The notes beneath the pieces are model-generated. The model was given only the letters and a program-made list of their open reading frames with translations, was not told the DNA's origin and ran no database searches. A DNA stretch of 64,000 bases from assembly GCA_951406725.2 (NCBI GenBank), contig OX597836.1, forward strand, positions 17,422,001 through 17,486,000. Direction: 5' to 3'. The stretch is from Octopus vulgaris (taxonomy: Eukaryota). Made by a program: the position numbers and the translations under genes. Positions 58,609 through 64,000 of this stretch are shown piece by piece (the first letter of the stretch is position 1; each line of letters starts with the position of its first letter).

Positions 58609-58679
<71 letters not shown>

Positions 58680-58704
58680 TTATCTCTCTCTCTCGCTCTC
58701 TCTC

Positions 58705-58753
<49 letters not shown>

Positions 58754-60273
58754 ATGGATAAATACATACGTGATGAATACATATTTATATGGATGTATAT
58801 CTACATGATTGTATGCGTGTATAAATATATATGTATTTGCTAAACTGTGTAGTAAACACACACACAACGACACATACATATGAATATATGCATTTGCGTA
58901 CACACACAGATACATGTACACACACGTACAAACACACATACACATACATATATACACACACAGATAAATAGATCGATAGATACACAAACACATCTCTACC
59001 TTGTATACATGTATGTAGATGAGCAGAAAGATATAAATATGCATACATGTTGATACATGTGTATAAAGATATATACTGACTGACAAATACATAGCTATGG
59101 TGTGTGTATATATAGATAATGTATATGTGTATATATGTATATGTACATACACACATGTACACATACACGCATATATAACTCATACACACATATCTATCTG
59201 ACGATCTATTAGCTTATGTATATAAGTGTGTAAGTAGGCATGTGTATACACACACACACACTCACACATACACACACACACACACACATATATGTCTATA
59301 CATGCACACGCGTTTGAATGTTTTACGTGTGTGTGTACATGTATGTGCGTGTATCTGCGTCTCTATATATGTGTGTTTATGTGTGCTTATGTATGTGCAC
59401 ATGTAGTAAAATTTCAACACTTTTTAAAAATGGAGGAAAAATCATTTTTGTTATTCGCCGCTAAACAATTTGTAAAACCTGTCTTTCGGCTCCGTCGTCG
59501 ATAAATATTCAAATTAATATATTGGCGATTTATAGCAGAATTGGTAATCCAGGTCAATGTAATCGAAGCGGAAGCCATTTTAGAAATTTGAATATATTAG
59601 CGAAAAATAGATAGGGAGATAGACGAGAGAGGGTAGATGTAGAGGAGAATAGATGAGAGTGTGAGTAAAGAGAAAGAGAGAGAATTGGAGAGGAGGAAGA
59701 AAAGAAGAAGAAGAAGACGAAGACGAAGAAGAAGAAGACGAAGAAAAAGAAAAAGAAGAAGAAGAAAGAGAGAGCGTAGGAAGTGAAAAGGAGAGAGTGA
59801 GGCACAGCGATGGAGGGAGAGGAGAGAACTGAGATGAATGAGATAGAAAATTGAAATGATGTGAGAGATGAAGGAAGAGAAAGAGGAATGGAAGATATAC
59901 AGACAAGGCAAAAGGAAGGGTAAGGGAGAGGATAGATAGATAAAGAGAGAAAGAGGGAGAGAGAGAAAGAGTTGTAGACAGACAGATCATGAGATAAAAA
60001 CATAGAAAGGCGAAAGCGAGGCGAGAAAGAGACAGAGAGAGGGGGAGTGAGAGATAGCGGTATAAAGAGAAGAGAGACGAAGGACAGAGAGAGAAAGAGA
60101 GAGAGAGGGGGAGAGAGGAGGAGAAAGAAGAAGAGAGGGAGTAACACCTTCGTTATTCCGTTGAGATATTCGGCTGTGATAGATATGGACATGCGTGCCT
60201 TATGTATGAATGCAAGACCAAATATGTAATAAATGGCTACTACGTACATACATATATGCAATATGTAATGTAT

Positions 60274-60656
60274 GTGGAGGCGCAATGGCCCAGTGGTTAG
60301 GGCAGCGGACTCGCGGTCATAGGATCGCGGTTTCGGTTCCCAGACCGGGCATTGTGAGTGTTTATTGAGCGAAAACACCTAAAGCTCCACGAGGCTCCGG
60401 CAGGGGATGGTGGTGATCCCTGCTGTACTCTTTCACCACAACTTTCTCTCACTCTTACTTCCTGTTTCTGTTGCGCCTGTATTTCAAGGGGCCGGCCTTG
60501 TCACTCTCTGTGTCACGCTGAATATCCCTGAGAACTACGTTAAGGGTACACGTGTATGTGGAGTGCTCAGCCACTTACACGTTAATTTCACGAGCAGGCT
60601 GTTCCGTTGATCGGATCAACCGGAACCCTCGTCGTCGTAAACGACGGTGTGCTTCC
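60274..60656 (+). mobile_element. SINE family A, full length
   Basis: Colinear with 3137-3520. TSD ATGTAATGTAT at 60263-60273 and 60657-60667. Confidence 0.93.
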
Positions 60657-61042
60657 ATGTAATGTATATGTGTGTGTATGTAAAATAAATGCTATAGAGA
60701 CACATTGACAGTTACACCACACACACATACACACACACACACGCACACACACATGCGTATATATTTTTACTCTTTCTTGGTTTCAGTGAATCTGCTGCGG
60801 CCATACTACAGCACTACTTTCAAAGGTTCCAGTTAAATTTTAATGATTAGTATTCAAATCATTTGTTGCTAATTATCGTTTGGCGATGTTCACCGTGCTG
60901 ATTTACGTCCCTTTAAAGAGTTACCTCCCCTAAGGACGTAAATACAGAAATTATGTAACACCATTTTACACCAGCGAAAACAAGCAGAGATACAAGCGCA
61001 TGTGTATACGAAAATAAAGATATATATATATATATATATATA

Positions 61043-61380
61043 TAGGGAGAATTTCCCCAAAAAAACAAAAGACAAAGACAGGTGCGTAGACAACAGACAG
61101 ATGCATTAGTTCAACGCTCGGGAAGTGAACAAGTCTTTAACGTTTCGAACCTACGCTCTTCCACAGAAAGGAACACAGAAAGAAATAAGGAGAGAAAATA
61201 AAGAATGTATAGTGGCTACCGATCTATCATGGCGAATGCCGGACAGAAGGGTCACACAGGAGAGCTAGGGAGAAGGGGAGATAATAATGTAGTGGTGATC
61301 CCAAAACGAAGATCCGCGTGCGTGTGTGTAAGAGAGTTTGGATGTGCGCGTGGAAGAGGGTTGGCGATCGGTACTCCTGT
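61043..61380 (-). mobile_element. Penelope-like fragment with minimal HHR-like motif (61135-61170)
   Basis: Minus strand reads CTTT-CTGTGGA-A-GAGC GTAG GTTC-GAAAC-GTT-AAAG. Homologous to 43209-43442. Confidence 0.6.
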
Positions 61381-61868
61381 TAAACAAGCATTTAATACTA
61401 TGATCCACTGACGTACAGATGTCTCTTCAAGGTGACCTCATTCCTCTTTGCACCTACTGAGTGGTGCTATGGTGATGGAAGAGTCGCAACGTTTGTAAAC
61501 AAATTATTTGGGAGCGCACATTTGCAAATGTTACATATACTGCAGGAGTCATATTTACCTCCTCGTTGTGTTTGCCCGTAAACAAGGACTGACTACGGGG
61601 GAGACCCTTGTGATTGAATCACTCCATTTTGGGGAGACCATTGCACTCGCAAATCATTAACAACAAAGATCCTACCTATCTTCCTACAACCAAAACCACA
61701 TACCAATCTATTAGACTACTAACCTACCTTTCCCGCCTTAAACAGCCACACTATTGACATTATAACATGTCAACTACTTAGTATAAACATCTGTACAGAA
61801 CGACTATCACCATCTATTAATAGAGAAACACATCATGTCTTTCATGGAAGTCAGGGTCATTTTATGTT

Positions 61869-61933
<65 letters not shown>

Positions 61934-62233
61934 TTTTTTTCCTCTTCCCCCTTTTTTCCCCCTTTTTTCTTCTTTATTCATTTCTCTTTTCTTTTGTTCC
62001 GTTTCCCTTTCTTTTTTTTCCTTTTATTCTTTTTATTTTTTATTCTATTTATTTTTTTAAAATTTTATTTTTTTTTGTTCTTTTCTTCCCTTTTACGATC
62101 CCTCTTGATCGAAAACCTACGCCACCCCCTTTTTTTCATCCTCCAAAAGAAAAGCTCTACCTTGTAACTTGTCCCATCTGTGTGCAGCCCTGTGTGGCCA
62201 ATAAAGAAACTTATCTATCTATCTATCTGTCTG

Positions 62234-62328
<95 letters not shown>

Positions 62329-62365
62329 GTTTATCTATCTGTGTGTGTGTGTGTGTGTGTGTGCA

Positions 62366-62417
<52 letters not shown>

Positions 62418-62836
62418 TCTATCTATCAAAAGAATGATAAAACTACCACCAATTTCACGACGAACACCACCACCACCATCGTCACAACCACCATCACCAT
62501 CCCCACCACCACCACCACCAACATCACGACCACCACCACCACCACCACCACCACCACCATCAATATTACCACAGGCCATCGCCAGCAACTACTTTAATTC
62601 CTTCTTCTCCTTCTCCTCGTCTCCCTCCTCTTCCTCTTCCCCCATTTTCTGTAATTACACTAATCACATCAATGAAACCCCCACTATCACCCGCACCACT
62701 AACACTGCGATCACCACTGCATCGGTCATCGTACTACTTCATTAACTACAGAATTTTAATATATTAATTAAAAAACTATATATTTTTTAAAATTGAGTTT
62801 ACAGTGGATGTGTGAAAATACGTGTACATACTTGTT

Positions 62837-62880
<44 letters not shown>

Positions 62881-63016
62881 TATACAAACATACATATATA
62901 TATACATATATATGTGTGTGTGTGTGTGAGATCATGTATATATGTATATATATATATATATATGATCTCACACAAACACACACATATATATATGTATGTA
63001 TACATGTATGCGTGTG

Positions 63017-63052
<36 letters not shown>

Positions 63053-63077
63053 CATACATGCATGCATACATACTTAC

Positions 63078-63154
<77 letters not shown>

Positions 63155-63547
63155 GTGTGTATATATATACACACACATATATATGTGGGTGTATGTGTAT
63201 ATATGTGTGTGTCTATGTGTGTGTATGTATGTGTGTATGTGTATATATGTGAGTGTGTCTATGTGTGTTTGTGTGTGTGTGTCTCTGGAACAGAGGCGCT
63301 GAGTATCAGAGTTTGGTCTTAATTATTTTTAATTATTCATTAGTTAAAAGAGTAGCTGTAGCAGCAACAGTAACAGCAGCAGCAGCTGCAGAAGATGCAG
63401 AAGATGCAGCAGCGACTGCAACAACAGCAGCAATACAGGAAGGAGACATATCACCAGCAACAACAATCGAAAGAATAAAAATGCCACAAATATTTTAAAC
63501 AAAACTGATAACGACCAAAAATAAAAAAACAAAGAAATACATATTAT

Positions 63548-63635
63548 GGTGTGTGGTAAGGAGCTTGCATCCTAGCCACATGGTTCCGGGTTCAGTTCCA
63601 CTACATGAGGCCTTTCTGAAGTGTCTTCTACTATA
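63548..63635 (+). mobile_element. SINE family C head, interrupted by a family A insertion
   Basis: GTGTGGTAAG..CCACATGGTTCCGGGTTCAGT..AAGTGTCTTCTACTATA. Confidence 0.7.
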
Positions 63636-63640
63636 TGGAT

Positions 63641-64000
63641 GGAAGCACTCCGTCGTTTACGACGACGAGGGTTCCGGTTGATCCGATCAACGGAACAGCA
63701 TGCTCGTGAAATTAACGTGTAAGTGGCTGAGCACTCCACAGACACGTGTACACTTAACGTAGTTCTCGTGGATATTCAGCGTGACACAGAGAGTGACAAG
63801 GCTGGCCCCTTGAAATACAGGTACAACAGAAACAGGAAGTAAGAGTGAGAGAAAGTTGTGGTGAAAGAGTACAGCAGGGATCACCACCATCCCCTGCCGG
63901 AGCCTCGTGGAGCTTTAGGTGTTTTCGCTCAATAAACACTCACAACGCCCGGTCTGGGAATCGAAACCGCGATCCTACGACCGCGGGTCCGCTGCCCTAA
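63641..64000 (-). mobile_element. SINE family A (head runs past the window end)
   Basis: Reverse complement of 60290-60656. Confidence 0.92.

Overview
This is eukaryotic, AT-rich DNA saturated with microsatellites, and it contains no intact protein-coding gene. Almost every ORF in the supplied track is a translation of (TA)n, (CA)n, (TACA)n, (TATC)n, (GGAA)n or (ATT)n repeats. The repeat complement resembles an Octopus/coleoid cephalopod genome (inference). The window holds three tRNA-headed SINE families, several with target-site duplications. It also holds a decayed Ty3/Gypsy gag-pro-RT, CR1-type LINE 3' ends, mariner, pogo/Tigger and hAT remnants, and a non-autonomous Helitron. The most interesting signal is a set of about 10 type-I hammerhead-ribozyme (HHR) motifs in Penelope-like fragments from several unrelated sequence families, with stem I fully covarying between them. 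One of these is a 574-nt tandem unit bounded by two HHRs (23751-24603), a retrozyme/circRNA-like arrangement. A few unique islands carry YY1/NRF1/ETS motifs and strong splice sites, so the window may be the intronic or 5' region of a large gene (unproven). All folds and alignments were done by eye.
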